From the NCBI GenBank assembly GCA_000004985.1, contig GG738850.1: a stretch of 64,000 bases of DNA; one strand, 5' to 3'. The notes beneath the pieces were generated by a model that saw only the letters and a list, made by a program, of their open reading frames with translations, did no database searches and was not told where the DNA came from. Every line of letters begins with the position of its first letter. Position 1 is the stretch's first letter. The stretch comes from Naegleria gruberi (taxonomy: Eukaryota). Position numbers and translations under genes: made by a program. Of the stretch, positions 63,008 through 64,000 are shown piece by piece.

Positions 63008-64000
63008 AATGAAAAACGTCGCTAGAATTATTTCCAGCAAAAAGTTAGCAAAGTCATCATCTAGAGCCCTTGCTTTAGCTAGTACCCAGGAATGCAAGAA
63101 TAGTTTGATCAGATCAACAACAGGGTTTGCTACTCCACAACAACAACAATTTTCTACATTTATTAATCCTTCTGTTTTCAAGACTACTAATTATGTTAGA
63201 GCTCCAGAAACCAACGATCAACCAAAAGAACATTACTTTAACAAAATCTTGATTGCCAACAGAGGTGAAATTGCCGTCCGTATCATTAAAACTTGTAGAA
63301 AGCTTGGAATTAAGACCGTAGCCGTTTACAGTGATGCTGATGCTAACAACAAACATGTTAGAATGGCTGATGAAGCTGTATATATTGGTGGTTCTTCTCC
63401 TGCTGATTCATATTTGAGAGCCAACAGAATTATTGCTGCAATGAAGCAAACCGGAGCTGAAGCTGTGCATCCAGGTTTTGGTTTCTTATCTGAAAATGCC
63501 TCTTTTGCTAAAGCTATTGAAGATGCTGGACTCGTTTTTATTGGTCCACCATCATCTGCAATTTCTGCTATGGGAGACAAGATTGAAAGTAAGATTATTG
63601 CTGAAAGAGCTAAAGTTAACATTATTCCTGGCCATCAAGGTGAAGTTTTCAGTGCTGATGAATGTATCAAAATTGCTGCTGAAAAGATTGGTTATCCAGT
63701 CATGATTAAAGCTTCCGCTGGTGGTGGTGGTAAGGGTATGAGAATTGCCTATAATGAACAAGAATTGAGAGAAGGTTTCAGATTGAGTCAAGATGAAGCT
63801 ATTAGAAACTTTGGTAGTGATAAGATGTTGATCGAAAGATTCGTTGAAAATCCAAGACACATTGAAATTCAAATTATTTGTGACCAACATGGAAATTATC
63901 TTTATTTGCCAGAAAGAGAATGTTCCATTCAAAGAAGAAATCAAAAGGTCATTGAAGAAGCTCCATCTTCAGTAATTGATGAAGCAACTAGAAAGGCTAT
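63008..64000 (+). CDS. PCCA: Propionyl-CoA carboxylase alpha chain (biotin carboxylase domain), mitochondrial; 5' part only, continues past the window end
   Basis: After a presequence-like N-terminus, it is near-identical in pattern to PCCA/biotin carboxylase: [134 protein letters not shown]. There is no stop before position 64000, and the track lists only antisense artefact ORFs here. Confidence 0.9.

Noticed and set aside
59-64000. Prokaryotic interpretation (operons, TTG/GTG starts, RBS, CRISPR, IS elements)
   Set aside because: GT-AG introns restoring conserved eukaryotic proteins (IFT88, MAD2, RAD21, GPI8, CEP44, UMP1), A-rich ATG contexts, and no Shine-Dalgarno motifs or repeat-spacer arrays. 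The sequence is eukaryotic nuclear DNA.

Overview
This window is a gene-dense, AT-rich (about one-third GC) eukaryotic nuclear region, not a prokaryotic one. Genes sit on both strands with short A-rich leaders before ATG, and the introns are very short (38-111 nt) with GTAAGT/GTATGT...AG boundaries. The ORF track uses TTG/GTG starts and breaks many genes at these introns. I reconstructed about 40 protein-coding genes. Recognisable products include IFT88, CEP44, an axonemal dynein intermediate-chain-like WD40 protein, MAD2, a RAD21/REC8 kleisin, the nucleolar GTPase GNL3/Nug1, DNMT2, an MT-A70-family N6-adenine methyltransferase, the GPI transamidase GPI8, NPRL2, an SDR dehydrogenase, a class III adenylate/guanylate cyclase, a pseudokinase fused to DUF4116 repeats, a PEX4-like E2, the m-AAA protease FtsH/AFG3L2, UMP1/POMP, an RNF121-like RING E3, glutaryl-CoA dehydrogenase and the propionyl-CoA carboxylase alpha subunit (truncated at the window end). 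Cilium and centriole genes together with full mitochondrial catabolism, low GC, few and short introns and a transmembrane adenylate cyclase fit a free-living amoeboflagellate (heterolobosean/Naegleria-like) genome, but the organism is inferred, not proven. I found no rRNA, convincing tRNA, CRISPR or transposon termini. The main things worth a second look are an actin-like gene with two +1 frameshifts (likely pseudogene), a 649-aa protein with a C-terminal tesmin-like CXC domain, an over-represented E2F-like TTTGGCGCC motif in divergent promoters, five convergent gene pairs whose stop codons abut or overlap, an unusual MT-A70 methyltransferase carrying DPPY, and a 1.3-kb ORF-free interval with a GC-rich island.
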